Part shown: piece by piece, positions 47,992-57,693 of the stretch
Layout: each line of letters begins with the position of its first letter
How positions within the stretch are numbered: position 1 is the stretch's first letter
Sequence record: SRR9188677_85
Length of the DNA stretch: 64,000 nucleotides
Strand: one strand, 5' to 3'
The notes under the pieces: model-generated
The model's database searches: none
Told to the model about the DNA's origin: nothing
What the model saw: only the letters and a program-made list of their open reading frames with translations
Position numbers and translations under genes: made by a program

Positions 47992-49983
47992 ATGAATATT
48001 CATTTTTTCAGTGCTCCTTTTTCTCAAAAAGTAATTCAGGCATTTAGCTGGACGTTGATCCATTCGCTTTGGCAGGGTTTAATTCTGGCTGTTTTAACCG
48101 GAGTTATGTTGCTTTTAACCAAAAAAGCAAAACCAGCTCTTCGCTACAATTTACTGGCGGGCATGCTTGGGTCTTTCATCTTAACAAGTACAGCCACCTT
48201 TTATCTGGAATATCAAAAAGTGGCAAGTACCGTGACTTTGGTTAGTTCAAAAGCAGAATCCATTTCCGGTTCGTTGACTAACACTCATGCTGTTGGTACT
48301 TTGAGGTTGCTAACGAATCAGCAGTTTTTGATGAAAGAACTGATGAATTTTTGCAGCAAAAATGCAGCCGTAATCGTGGCAATCTGGTTTTTGATTTTTA
48401 TGCTAAAAACGATGAAAGCCGCAACCGGGCTGTATTACGTTCATCACCTGCGGCGTAACGGAATTTACGAAGTTGACGAACTCTGGAGACAGAAATTGAC
48501 TATGTTAGCGCAAAAGCTAAATATCCGGAATGCGATTCAATTGTTTGAATCTGAGCTTGTGCAGACACCGATGGTCATGGGATTTTTGAAGCCGGTAATA
48601 TTGGTTCCACTTGGTTTCTTAACTAATATTCCATTCAGTCAGGTCGAAGCGATTTTGCTGCATGAACTTGCCCACATCAAGCGAAAAGATTATCTAGTAA
48701 ACCTGTTTCAAAGTTTTGCCGAGAATATCTTCTTTTTCAATCCTGCCGTTCTCTGGATTTCTTATCTTATCAGAGAAGAAAGGGAGCATTGCTGCGACGA
48801 TCTGGCGATAGGCGTCACACAAAACAAGCAAACCTTTGTGAATGCTTTGGTCGTGTTTCAGGAGTACAAGATCGCTGGTTCAGCACATAGCCTGGCTTTT
48901 GCAGGAAAGCGAAATCATTTGCTGGATCGTGTAAAACGCATTATTTACAACAACAATAAACAATTAGATGCCATGGAAAAATTATTTGTAACAGCAAGTT
49001 TGATCACCGTCGCCGCATTGTCGGTCGCATTTTCACCCACGCCAATTAAGAAGGCCCTAAAAAATCGGGTAGTTCACGAGAATGCTATCTTCTCACAATC
49101 CTCGGAAAACACACAGCATGAATTAATAGTGGAGGACACGCTGCCATCCAAATCCGCCAGGAAATCGTCTGGTTTAGAGACCATTGAAATTTCGAAAGAC
49201 GACAAGCACTATGAACTCATCAGACAGAATGGGGAAATAACGGAGTTGAAAATCGATGGCAAAGTAATCCCAAAAGACAAGTTTGGAGCTTATGAATCGG
49301 AAATTCAGCAGATCATCAAGGAAGAACAAGAGCAGCACGAGCAGGCAGAAATACAAAGGGAAAAAGCGGAAGTACTGAGGGCGGAGGCGGATGTTCACAG
49401 GCAGGAAGCCGACAAACTCAGACAGGAAGCTGAACAAATGAGGAAGTCAACGGAAGAGCTGCGTGAACAGGCCGAAGCAATGCGGATTGATGCAGAAAAA
49501 ATGAGAACCAGCGCAACGCAGTATGCAAATAAGAGTGAGTTGCAAGCCAATGCTAATCAAAATAATTCCAGAAACATTGATGAAATCAGGAAGCATACTG
49601 AATTGGCCAGGAAGAACGCAGACTTGTCCAGATTGGATGCTGAAAAGATGCGTGAGCAAGCGGACGTGATGAGGAAACAGGCTGATGAAATGCGAGCTAA
49701 AGCAGAGGTTTCAAGAAAAGAGGCCGAAAAAATGCGTGAGGAATATGAGAAATTACAAAGCGATTTTATCAATGATTTGGTAAAAGAGGGTGTGATAAAA
49801 GACGCAAATAATCTGTCGTACAGTCTTAGCAATGCGGAGCTTGTCGTGAACGGCGTTAAACAGCCAGAGCAGCTTCATACCAAACTGAAAGCTAAGTACA
49901 TCAAGGACAAGTCCGTTGAAATGGTTTATAATTGGAAGGGTAGGACAGGTTACACAACAACTGGATTTATACACACCAAATAG
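47992..49983 (+). CDS. M56 (BlaR1-like) membrane metallopeptidase with heptad coiled-coil C-terminus
   Basis: WTL.HSLWQG, P...G..KP.I, HELAHIKR.D, FFNP..W, ERE..CDD; EQAE..R heptads. Confidence 0.92.
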   Translation: MNIHFFSAPFSQKVIQAFSWTLIHSLWQGLILAVLTGVMLLLTKKAKPALRYNLLAGMLGSFILTSTATFYLEYQKVASTVTLVSSKAESISGSLTNTHAVGTLRLLTNQQFLMKELMNFCSKNAAVIVAIWFLIFMLKTMKAATGLYYVHHLRRNGIYEVDELWRQKLTMLAQKLNIRNAIQLFESELVQTPMVMGFLKPVILVPLGFLTNIPFSQVEAILLHELAHIKRKDYLVNLFQSFAENIFFFNPAVLWISYLIREEREHCCDDLAIGVTQNKQTFVNALVVFQEYKIAGSAHSLAFAGKRNHLLDRVKRIIYNNNKQLDAMEKLFVTASLITVAALSVAFSPTPIKKALKNRVVHENAIFSQSSENTQHELIVEDTLPSKSARKSSGLETIEISKDDKHYELIRQNGEITELKIDGKVIPKDKFGAYESEIQQIIKEEQEQHEQAEIQREKAEVLRAEADVHRQEADKLRQEAEQMRKSTEELREQAEAMRIDAEKMRTSATQYANKSELQANANQNNSRNIDEIRKHTELARKNADLSRLDAEKMREQADVMRKQADEMRAKAEVSRKEAEKMREEYEKLQSDFINDLVKEGVIKDANNLSYSLSNAELVVNGVKQPEQLHTKLKAKYIKDKSVEMVYNWKGRTGYTTTGFIHTK

Positions 49984-50003
49984 ATTCTTGATCAACTCTT
50001 TTT

Positions 50004-50040
50004 ACAGCTCCGGAATTTGGTTTTCGGAGCTGTTTTGTTT
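50004..50040 (+). terminator. Intrinsic terminator
   Basis: ACAGCTCCG...CGGAGCTGT followed by TTTGTTT. Confidence 0.75.
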
Positions 50041-50256
50041 GGCGAAATGTACTGAACTTATCTAACATAAATGCCTAGCCAAGAATCGAGCCAAAAAGTA
50101 CATACGAGTTGCCGGATTAAATGTTGAAAATAGCAATGGAGGTTTCAAAACATGCTTTCAATGGCATTTTAATGGCAAATAGGATGGATTTTTGGGCATT
50201 TAATATTCAGGAATCGGTATCTTGTTAAATCTAATTGTACCGATCTGCTCACCTTC

Positions 50257-52227
50257 ATGAAACACATTTGCTTATCAGTTCTGTCTTGCCTTTTCGTTTT
50301 GAGCGTTTACGGGCAGAAATCCGATTCAGGAAAATCCAAATATGTCGCGTCTGATTTATTTCCGGCAATTTCGATTTTGCCAGAAAGTAATACCTACCGC
50401 ACAGCAAGCGGCGAGCCAGGGCGGGCGTATTGGCAAAACCAGGCTGATTATAAAATCGATGTAACGCTTGATGATAAAACGGAAGAGATTACCGGCGTGG
50501 CTATCATCACTTACGCCAATAACAGCCCAAAATCGCTTTCGTTCTTATGGATGCAGCTGGACCAAAACGTTTACAAAAAGCACTCTAAGGGAATCGATTC
50601 AAAACTTTTCATAGACAACAATGCCGCTGGAACTAAGTATGAGGGAGGATTTGCGATTGAATCCATTTCATTTATGGGATTGAAATCAGGGAACAAGGAA
50701 GCCAGGTTTTACATCAATGATACGCGAATGCGCGTCGAGCTCGCGGAACCGCTTCTTTCAAATCAAAAGGTTTCATTTCAGATAAAGTATAGTTACCACT
50801 TTCCGAGAAATTTTAAGAACGCGGATTTTAATGTAAACCGGACAGACATTTTACCAACTAAAAACGGCGACATTTATTCCGTTGCACAGTGGTATCCGCG
50901 TATGTGTGTGTTGGATGATGTGGACGGCTGGAATACTTTGCCTTATCTGGGAAATGGCGAGTTTTATCTGGAATATGGAAATTTTGAGGTCAGCATCACT
51001 TTGCCATCTGCCTATATCGTAGAAGCTTCCGGCGATCTGCAGAATCCACAGGAAGTGTTGACTTCCAGCCAGCTTGATCGTTGGAATAAAGCAAAGACAT
51101 CCTCGGAAAAAGTCTTTATCCGAAGCGCGGATGAAGTCGGCGACATTGCTTCCCGGCCAGCCAGAGCTACTTGTACCTGGAAGTTTAAGCTGAATAATGC
51201 ACGGGATTTTGCATGGACTGCTTCCAAATCGTTTGTTTGGGAAGGTATTGGAATTCAGCTGCCAAGTGGTAAAAAAGTTTTGGGTAGTTCATTATATCCG
51301 GTTGAATCCAAATTGGCTAAAAGCTGGGAGCGATCCAGTGAATACATCAAATTCACGTTGCAATATTTTTCGGAAAAGTGGTTCGAATATCCCTACAATA
51401 AAGCAGTTAACGTTGCCTCAAATCTGGATGGGATGGAGTACCCGGCGCTCGTATTCTGCTCCGCAAAAGATACCGGAAACATGTTTTGGGCAGTGGTTAA
51501 CCATGAGCTGGGGCACACCTGGTTTCCAATGGTTGTAGGCAGTAATGAAAGAAAACACGCCTGGATGGACGAAGGCTTTAACGCTTTTATGGATAACATG
51601 GCGACCAAAGATTTCAATAATCATGAGTTCATCGGCTATCCGGAAATCGATGTTCCCACACTGGCATTGTTTGCCGATTCACTGGTTCCAATTATGACTA
51701 GACCGGATGTTATTCCCGGCAATGTAGTTTATAATATCCAATATCAAAAGGTCGCTTATGCGCTCACACTCTTGCGTGAGCAGATCCTGGGCAAAGAACA
51801 GTTTGACTTCGCTTTTAGGAAGTACATCAGAGACTGGGCTTACAAACATCCTACGCCCTGGGATTTTTTTCGTAGTATAAACAACTCAACCGGCGAGGAC
51901 TTGACCTGGTTCTGGAAGTCGATGTTCATTGAAAATTACAAACTGGACCAGCGGGTAAAGGAGGTGAAGGGCTTGGGGAATGGCGATATGGGGAGAGTTG
52001 AGATTACAGTTGAAAATCTGGAAAAAGCGGCGATGCCTTTAATCGTGGAGATCAGGTATAAAAGTGGGAAGACGGAAAGGCATAATTTTCCGGTTGAGAT
52101 CTGGATGCAGGGTTACCAGTATCGTTTTTCGCCGGATTTGTATGAGCCAGTAATGAAGGTGGTCATTGATCCTCATGGGATTTTTCCGGATGTGGAGGTA
52201 GGAAATGGTGTTTGGGAGGGGAGGTGA
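50257..52227 (+). CDS. M1 family aminopeptidase
   Basis: YWQN.ADY, QWYPR, GMEYP, HELGH..F, WMDEG, HP.P.DFFR. Confidence 0.92.
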   Translation: MKHICLSVLSCLFVLSVYGQKSDSGKSKYVASDLFPAISILPESNTYRTASGEPGRAYWQNQADYKIDVTLDDKTEEITGVAIITYANNSPKSLSFLWMQLDQNVYKKHSKGIDSKLFIDNNAAGTKYEGGFAIESISFMGLKSGNKEARFYINDTRMRVELAEPLLSNQKVSFQIKYSYHFPRNFKNADFNVNRTDILPTKNGDIYSVAQWYPRMCVLDDVDGWNTLPYLGNGEFYLEYGNFEVSITLPSAYIVEASGDLQNPQEVLTSSQLDRWNKAKTSSEKVFIRSADEVGDIASRPARATCTWKFKLNNARDFAWTASKSFVWEGIGIQLPSGKKVLGSSLYPVESKLAKSWERSSEYIKFTLQYFSEKWFEYPYNKAVNVASNLDGMEYPALVFCSAKDTGNMFWAVVNHELGHTWFPMVVGSNERKHAWMDEGFNAFMDNMATKDFNNHEFIGYPEIDVPTLALFADSLVPIMTRPDVIPGNVVYNIQYQKVAYALTLLREQILGKEQFDFAFRKYIRDWAYKHPTPWDFFRSINNSTGEDLTWFWKSMFIENYKLDQRVKEVKGLGNGDMGRVEITVENLEKAAMPLIVEIRYKSGKTERHNFPVEIWMQGYQYRFSPDLYEPVMKVVIDPHGIFPDVEVGNGVWEGR

Positions 52228-52258
52228 TTGAAGTGAATAAAATTCAGTTTCACTTTTC

Positions 52259-52370
52259 GAGGCTGTTTCAAGAGTTTGGCTATTTACTTACTAAATACCA
52301 ATAAAATACTGAAAAATCAGTATTGTTAGCAAGTAAGCGAAGGACGATATTGTGCTCTTGAAAGCGCTTC
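52259..52370. mobile_element. Possible ~110-bp MITE or IS remnant
   Basis: Imperfect terminal inverted repeats GAGGCTGTTTCAAGAG / CTCTTGAAAGCGCTTC; no coding capacity. Confidence 0.4.
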
Positions 52371-52503
52371 TTAGTACGGAATTTTATTTCCACATTTTCA
52401 AAATCACGACACCAAAACATGCGACACATAAATGCCCATTTTAAAAATCGGTAGCCTTTATTTAACACTTACAGTTAATAAGGTAAACTCCGAAAACCTG
52501 CTT

Positions 52504-54576
52504 ATGAAAAACATATACGGATTTTTATTTTTATTGATTATTATCCTTCATACCGGTTCTGCCTGTGCACAGGAAGAAATATTTAATTATAAGAAAGCAC
52601 TGACTATTAATCGAACGTTAGGGGCCAGTCTGCTGTCGATCAATCGCACAACCGGAGAAGTGGTTTTAGGTGGAGGCGATAGTAGGGGACCGTCCATGCC
52701 GAATCTTACTTTTACCTGGGTCTGGGGCGACGAAACAAGTAACGAAGGATTTTTTCCTCAGTCAAAAAAATACGCTGACCTCACTAAAAATTACGTCGTC
52801 AAGGTTATAGCCAACTATTCGGGTACCGAAAAGGATACCGTCGAAGTCCTGGTCGATTTTATCGAAGGTAAGCTTACCCCGACAGCGTTGGATGCCAAAT
52901 TGAAAGTTATCATTCCAAGTCAACCATTTGTATTTACCAATTTTAGTAATCCGGCATTAGTCCCTTTTACAAAAGATTATTTTACAAGATTGTCGCGGGC
53001 AGATCTGGAATATTTGCTGCAGGTTGGGGCTTCTATTGAATTTGATTTTGTCAATCAAAACGCTTTGCTCTTTAATGATAAATTTGAACAGTATATGCTG
53101 CGTGACACGGCTTTCAAGGGAGCTTATTCCATTTGGTATAGTAAACCTGTTGGTTTTGGTGTGAATGAAGGTTTTATAAATGGTGACATTGATTTTTCAA
53201 CTTTGTATCATGAAATGGGTCACAATATCACGCTCAATTTTCCTGCCAACTATAATTTCGGAGGCAAGATAGATGGCCCTGCAAACGCTATTTTTTCAGA
53301 GTCAATGGCGCAAATTTTCCAATATTCTACGGGTTACGAAGTGATCAATAACTATAAGAAATATGGGCTGGACGATGTGTTCTTATTTAAGTACAAAACC
53401 AATTTCTTTAATGGAGTTGCCCGGTTAACATCTTCTTACAGAGAATATATTAATACTGGTAAGCCTTTTACAACCTGGAATGATCCGGCAACTCCCAACG
53501 ACGAAGCCTTTCTATCATTCCTGACAACGGCTTACAAATTTTATGAATATGCAGAACAGGACGGAAAGGGCTACCGAGTACCTATAAAGCGACTTACTCA
53601 ATTCCTGAGTAAGTTCAATGAGGAGTGGGAAAGCAGGTACGATCAACACAATAATACGCCGGTAGCAAACTCATTCCGGGCGACGATGATGGTTGCGGCC
53701 ATATCGCACGCTTTTCAAAGGGATTTGCGAGCCGATTTCAAGGCACTAAATTATCCTGTCAGCGATTCGGATTGGGCTTTGCTAAATCCGGAAATACTCG
53801 ATATATCTGCAAGCTCTATGGATATCGCCTCACCGGCAAATAGCACAGGCACTTTTACGATAACTTCTAACTTAAACTGGACCGTAAGCAGCTCACAACC
53901 CTGGTTGACAGTTTCACCGACTTCCGGGACAAATAAACAAACAATTACAGCTACGGCGACAGAAAACGCCTCAGCAAGCCCCAGGCTAGCAGTAATTTCC
54001 GTTTCCGTGAATGGTGTTGCTGCTAAGATGATAACCGTTACTCAGGCAGGACTTATTGGATCATTGAGTGTTTCTGCCAAAAACATAAGCCTCAATTATA
54101 CAGAAGGAAGTACCGCAGGCTTTGACATTACTTCCAATACAAAATGGACAATCTCCAGTTCCGAGGCCTGGCTGAACGTTAGCCCCGCAGCTGGTGACAA
54201 CAGTGCCAAAATAACAATCACCGCTAACTTAAATCCACTCTTTGAGGCACGGAAAGCTACGGTTACTATCAAGGCGACCGGAGTTGCCGACCAATCCATC
54301 GAAGTATCGCAAGCATCATCTCCTGTTACCGGGTTGACATCAAATAAGAATGAGTTACAGATATTTCCGAACCCGGTCAGTGATGTTGTTCACATTAGTG
54401 GCATGTCCTCGAAAAGCAAAGTGAAAATTTATTCAGCAAACGGCAGTCTTCTGGAAGAGAAAAGTAAGGATGTGGGAATAACTGAAATGACGGTTACAAA
54501 TCTACCCGCGGGACTGTATGTGATTCAAATTCTTACTGGTAGTAATTCGACTCAGTTTAAATTTATCAAGAAGTAG
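52504..54576 (+). CDS. T9SS-secreted putative zincin metalloprotease with two BACON domains
   Basis: Signal peptide, PKD-like W.WGD, HEMGH with downstream FSE, two ITSN..W.ISS..WL.VSP..G repeats, IFPNP...GLYVIQI CTD. Confidence 0.78.
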   Translation: MKNIYGFLFLLIIILHTGSACAQEEIFNYKKALTINRTLGASLLSINRTTGEVVLGGGDSRGPSMPNLTFTWVWGDETSNEGFFPQSKKYADLTKNYVVKVIANYSGTEKDTVEVLVDFIEGKLTPTALDAKLKVIIPSQPFVFTNFSNPALVPFTKDYFTRLSRADLEYLLQVGASIEFDFVNQNALLFNDKFEQYMLRDTAFKGAYSIWYSKPVGFGVNEGFINGDIDFSTLYHEMGHNITLNFPANYNFGGKIDGPANAIFSESMAQIFQYSTGYEVINNYKKYGLDDVFLFKYKTNFFNGVARLTSSYREYINTGKPFTTWNDPATPNDEAFLSFLTTAYKFYEYAEQDGKGYRVPIKRLTQFLSKFNEEWESRYDQHNNTPVANSFRATMMVAAISHAFQRDLRADFKALNYPVSDSDWALLNPEILDISASSMDIASPANSTGTFTITSNLNWTVSSSQPWLTVSPTSGTNKQTITATATENASASPRLAVISVSVNGVAAKMITVTQAGLIGSLSVSAKNISLNYTEGSTAGFDITSNTKWTISSSEAWLNVSPAAGDNSAKITITANLNPLFEARKATVTIKATGVADQSIEVSQASSPVTGLTSNKNELQIFPNPVSDVVHISGMSSKSKVKIYSANGSLLEEKSKDVGITEMTVTNLPAGLYVIQILTGSNSTQFKFIKK

Positions 54577-54642
54577 TTTCGAGTATTTATTACAGGTTTA
54601 AAATAGTTCAAATCCATTTTCAACTTTTAAATTCAAAGCCAC

Positions 54643-55086
54643 ATGAAACAAGCACTATTCACATTGTTTTTGATCAGTTTGATTTGCGCCAACGCCAGCG
54701 CTCAGTCTAATTCATCTGACCCCAAAGCGACAATCATCGCAGCCAACAAAAAGTTCGTAGACATCTTCAACAAAGGAACCGCGGGTATAGGCGACTTGTA
54801 CACCTCCAATGCCGAACTTTATCCACCGAACTCGGAAGCGTTGAAGGGTGCAGCGATCGGCACATACTGGAAGGGTGGGTTTGATATGGGAATTAAAGAT
54901 GTAAAATTGGAGACCGTTTCGGCAGATCCTGCTGGCGATCACATCATCGAAACAGGTAAGTACACGCTTGCCGGAGCCGATGGAAAAACAATCGATACCG
55001 GAAAGTATATGGTGATTTGGAAAAGGGAAAAAGGTGAATGGAAACTGTTCAAGGATATTTGGAATACAAGCATGGCGATGAAGTGA
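54643..55086 (+). CDS. Exported NTF2-like (DUF4440/SnoaL-like) protein
   Basis: LY..NAEL.PP, E.G.Y, GKYMVIWK...GEWK...DIWN. Confidence 0.85.
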   Translation: MKQALFTLFLISLICANASAQSNSSDPKATIIAANKKFVDIFNKGTAGIGDLYTSNAELYPPNSEALKGAAIGTYWKGGFDMGIKDVKLETVSADPAGDHIIETGKYTLAGADGKTIDTGKYMVIWKREKGEWKLFKDIWNTSMAMK

Positions 55087-55132
55087 AGAATTTCATAAAA
55101 AAGGATTCTGACGCTTTTCTTAAAACGTCTAA

Positions 55133-55285
55133 TGAAAGAGGTTGTCTCAAAAGTACAAAGTGGCTAGTTCCTGTCACATTGAACTTTCGGACCGCCGATG
55201 CGGTCGAAATGCCCTTTTTGAGTGAGTTAGGGGCCTTAGACAAGCTCAGGCTGACTACATTACAGCTTTGAGACGGCCTCTTTCA
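55133..55285. mobile_element. ~150-bp MITE-like element with an internal REP-like motif
   Basis: TIRs TGAAAGAGGTTGTCTCAAA / TTTGAGACGGCCTCTTTCA (17/19 match); internal GACCGC..GCGGTC hairpin and GACAAGCTCAGGCTGAC. Confidence 0.65.
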
Positions 55286-55381
55286 CTATTTTGACCTTTC
55301 GGTAATACGTGAAATCCCCTGTTACATTTCAGCTTTGAACAAGCGTCATTTGAAGAAGAACACTCAGCCTGTTGCCTTTCC

Positions 55382-56704
55382 TCAAAATATATACTGAACC
55401 CGACATGTAACCACATCGTCCTGCACATCTTTTGTAAACCCTGTCAAGCCCGATTTTTCATTTCTGACATGGTCGTAATACAACATGAATTTTAACGATT
55501 CATTGGCATAATAAATATAGCCCATACCAAACGTGTCGTAGCGCAAGTCCGTTTTACTGAATCCGGTTGCCTCCGAAATCTGGTTGCCAGACACCTTTTT
55601 ATTCGCATCGTACCAATCGTATTTGGCGACAAACTGATGCTTTTCACTTCCTAAATGCTGGAGGAAATAGAAGTATGCTCCGTCGAAATTTCTGATATAT
55701 AGCGGATCTTTCAGGCCATTTGTAATCGGATAAACTCCCGGAGTTTCACTGGTTGCCAGTGTTGCCGTTTGTACACCCACCATATATTCAGCCCTGAATT
55801 CAGTTTGGCCTTTTCGGTTCGGGAACACAAGTTGCGCATCGGCACCAGCATAATTACGCGCAGCGATTTTCTTGAAGTTTGAGGCTGATGTATCCCGCTG
55901 CATAATATATTGCTCGGAAACCAACCTTGATTTGTAAAGAACATTGGACTGACTGGTAATTCCACCCAAATAGCCCGACAATCCGGCGGAAAGCATTGGA
56001 CCTGTTTTTCCAAACAATTTTGTCGGCTTCAATGTGACCCTTCCTATAACATCCTTGTGACTGTCGTAGTCTGTTGGGCCTGACATTCCTTGACCGTTGA
56101 ATACGCCAAGGTCCAGCTTTAAATTTCCCCACTTGCTTCCTTTCCGGCGGTCATTCAGGGTTACCATTATTCCTAGGTCACGCTCCGTTTTCATGAGTAT
56201 CTGCGACATTCTGCCCCGTTCGGGCGACTCTCTATTCGGGGAGGCAAGATTTAATTCATAACTGAATGGCCTTGCAAACATTCCGGTGGTAATAGAAAAA
56301 AGTTTGTATTTGTTTTCATAGAATCTCCCCCAGAAATCCCGTATCGCCACACCACGTTCGGTGCCATCGAAATGAAAAACGAAGTAAGAAGTTGGGTCTC
56401 CGCTATCATTCAAGTGAACATAATCCACCCGAAGACGTCCGCGACGGATCATAAAACGATTGTTGGAGAACGGTGAGAAATTGCCGCCGTTGTAACTTTC
56501 AATTCCGTCTTCATGCGAGTACTGAAATTGGGGCTGGATATAACCGCTTATTTTCAGGCGGTTATAACGTTCGTAAATGGATAGCATTCCTTTACCCATC
56601 TGGTTGGTGGTATCCACCATATCCATTAAGAAACGTTGGGCAAAAATGGTATTGGACGAGAGGAACAGATAAAGAAAAAGAAGTCTGTAGATCCGTTTTG
56701 GCAT
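55382..56704 (-). CDS. Outer-membrane porin (OprO/OprP-like anion-selective family)
   Basis: Signal peptide, SGY.Q.QFQ, F.IRRGRL, RPF.YE, ESPER, ERDLG, FNG.G, C-terminal QYIF. Confidence 0.8.
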   Translation of the reverse strand: MPKRIYRLLFLYLFLSSNTIFAQRFLMDMVDTTNQMGKGMLSIYERYNRLKISGYIQPQFQYSHEDGIESYNGGNFSPFSNNRFMIRRGRLRVDYVHLNDSGDPTSYFVFHFDGTERGVAIRDFWGRFYENKYKLFSITTGMFARPFSYELNLASPNRESPERGRMSQILMKTERDLGIMVTLNDRRKGSKWGNLKLDLGVFNGQGMSGPTDYDSHKDVIGRVTLKPTKLFGKTGPMLSAGLSGYLGGITSQSNVLYKSRLVSEQYIMQRDTSASNFKKIAARNYAGADAQLVFPNRKGQTEFRAEYMVGVQTATLATSETPGVYPITNGLKDPLYIRNFDGAYFYFLQHLGSEKHQFVAKYDWYDANKKVSGNQISEATGFSKTDLRYDTFGMGYIYYANESLKFMLYYDHVRNEKSGLTGFTKDVQDDVVTCRVQYIF

Positions 56705-56829
56705 TATTCAGGAAATTAAATTAGTGTCAATTGAATTAGCAAAGGACTTCATTTTTTTAATCATATATATTATTTCAACAATCAGCTCTGAGTAATATTC
56801 TTATGAAATCTAGAATAGTAGAAATTTTT

Positions 56830-56846
56830 TCTACTTTTTTTGTAGT
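56830..56846. promoter_or_regulatory. TCTAC-N7-GTAGT motif copy upstream of the porin
   Basis: TCTAC-TTTTTTT-GTAGT; overlaps a second palindrome AGTAGAAA-TTT-TTTCTACT. Confidence 0.4.
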
Positions 56847-56928
56847 ATAAGTTTGCTGATATATGAAATATTTCGTTTTCTTTGTAAGAAATATTACAAC
56901 AAAAGATAATAGAGGAGGGTAATTATAT

Positions 56929-56963
56929 AAGAGCTTCGGATTTCCGAAGCTCTTTATTTTTTT
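56929..56963 (+). terminator. Intrinsic terminator with no annotated + strand gene upstream
   Basis: AAGAGCTTCGGA-TT-TCCGAAGCTCTT followed by TATTTTTTT. Confidence 0.7.
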
Positions 56964-57004
56964 ACATGTACGTAGGACATATTTGATTTGAAAATAGGAG
57001 TATC

Positions 57005-57270
57005 AAATAAAAGACCGTCGTGAAGTTCCTTCAATCCGCCTGGTTAAGTCAACGATTTTTTAGAGAGGAAGAAGTGCCAGGCAACTCCTTTCCAGGCAAA
57101 TCATTACTCCTATCTCAAGGATTTTACCGGATCGGTCGTTGCGGCTTTCAGGGAGCACACGTAGTTTGAAAACGGATAAATTAAAGCGCAGGCCAGCTCA
57201 TGGGATAATCCTGATACATGGAGTGTCGCGTACAGACGGTTCCGTGTCAGGTTACGTCTGGTATTTCTGT
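57005..57270 (-). ncRNA. Candidate structured ncRNA or leader of unknown family
   Basis: GC-richer than flanks; minus-strand TTACTTTG box at 57271-57278; several stems; ends in a stem plus U-tract near 57005-57012. Confidence 0.45.
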
Positions 57271-57373
57271 CAAAGTAAATTTGGGTGGTTTTCCATTCCA
57301 TTTGGCACAACATGGCGAATAGCGTTAAACTGGTGAAAATGTCGTAACTTCTAAAAATTAACAGAAGAAAACG

Positions 57374-57583
57374 ATGATAAAAATTAAGATTCTTACAGCC
57401 AAAGACTTGCCGTTGCCAAGTTCGATTTTGAAGTTCAGGATCAAGAACACGACCAATTGGAGAGTCGGATATACTGACCAGGACGGAGCGGATTTTGTTC
57501 AGGAAGTAGACGGAGTAATTTATAGTTATTCCTGGAATCAAATCGACGAATATTATTTGACGCCTGTTGTGACTGTTGCTTAA
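57374..57583 (+). CDS. Small hypothetical protein (69 aa)
   Basis: ATG with A-rich leader; protein-like composition (FRIKNTTNWRVG, YSWNQIDEYY). Confidence 0.65.
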   Translation: MIKIKILTAKDLPLPSSILKFRIKNTTNWRVGYTDQDGADFVQEVDGVIYSYSWNQIDEYYLTPVVTVA

Positions 57584-57693
57584 GATAAGCCGGTCATTCT
57601 TGTAATATTTTACCGGTGACGTTTTGCTGAAAATGACTTTCTTATTAAATTGAGCTGAATCGTCACTATGGCCAGTACAATCAGCAAATAATT

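Noticed and set aside
55382-56846. Porin as a definite member of the sulfur regulon
   Set aside because: The motif copy has a poly-T spacer in AT-rich DNA and the porin is Met-rich, so it is kept only as a weak candidate.
57060-57160. RNase P RNA, cobalamin or SAM riboswitch, tmRNA or SRP identity for the 57-kb element
   Set aside because: Only superficial words match (GAGGAA..GTGCCAGG, CCGCAAC). No GAGGAAAGTCC, complete B12 box, tRNA-like ends or SRP loop was found.
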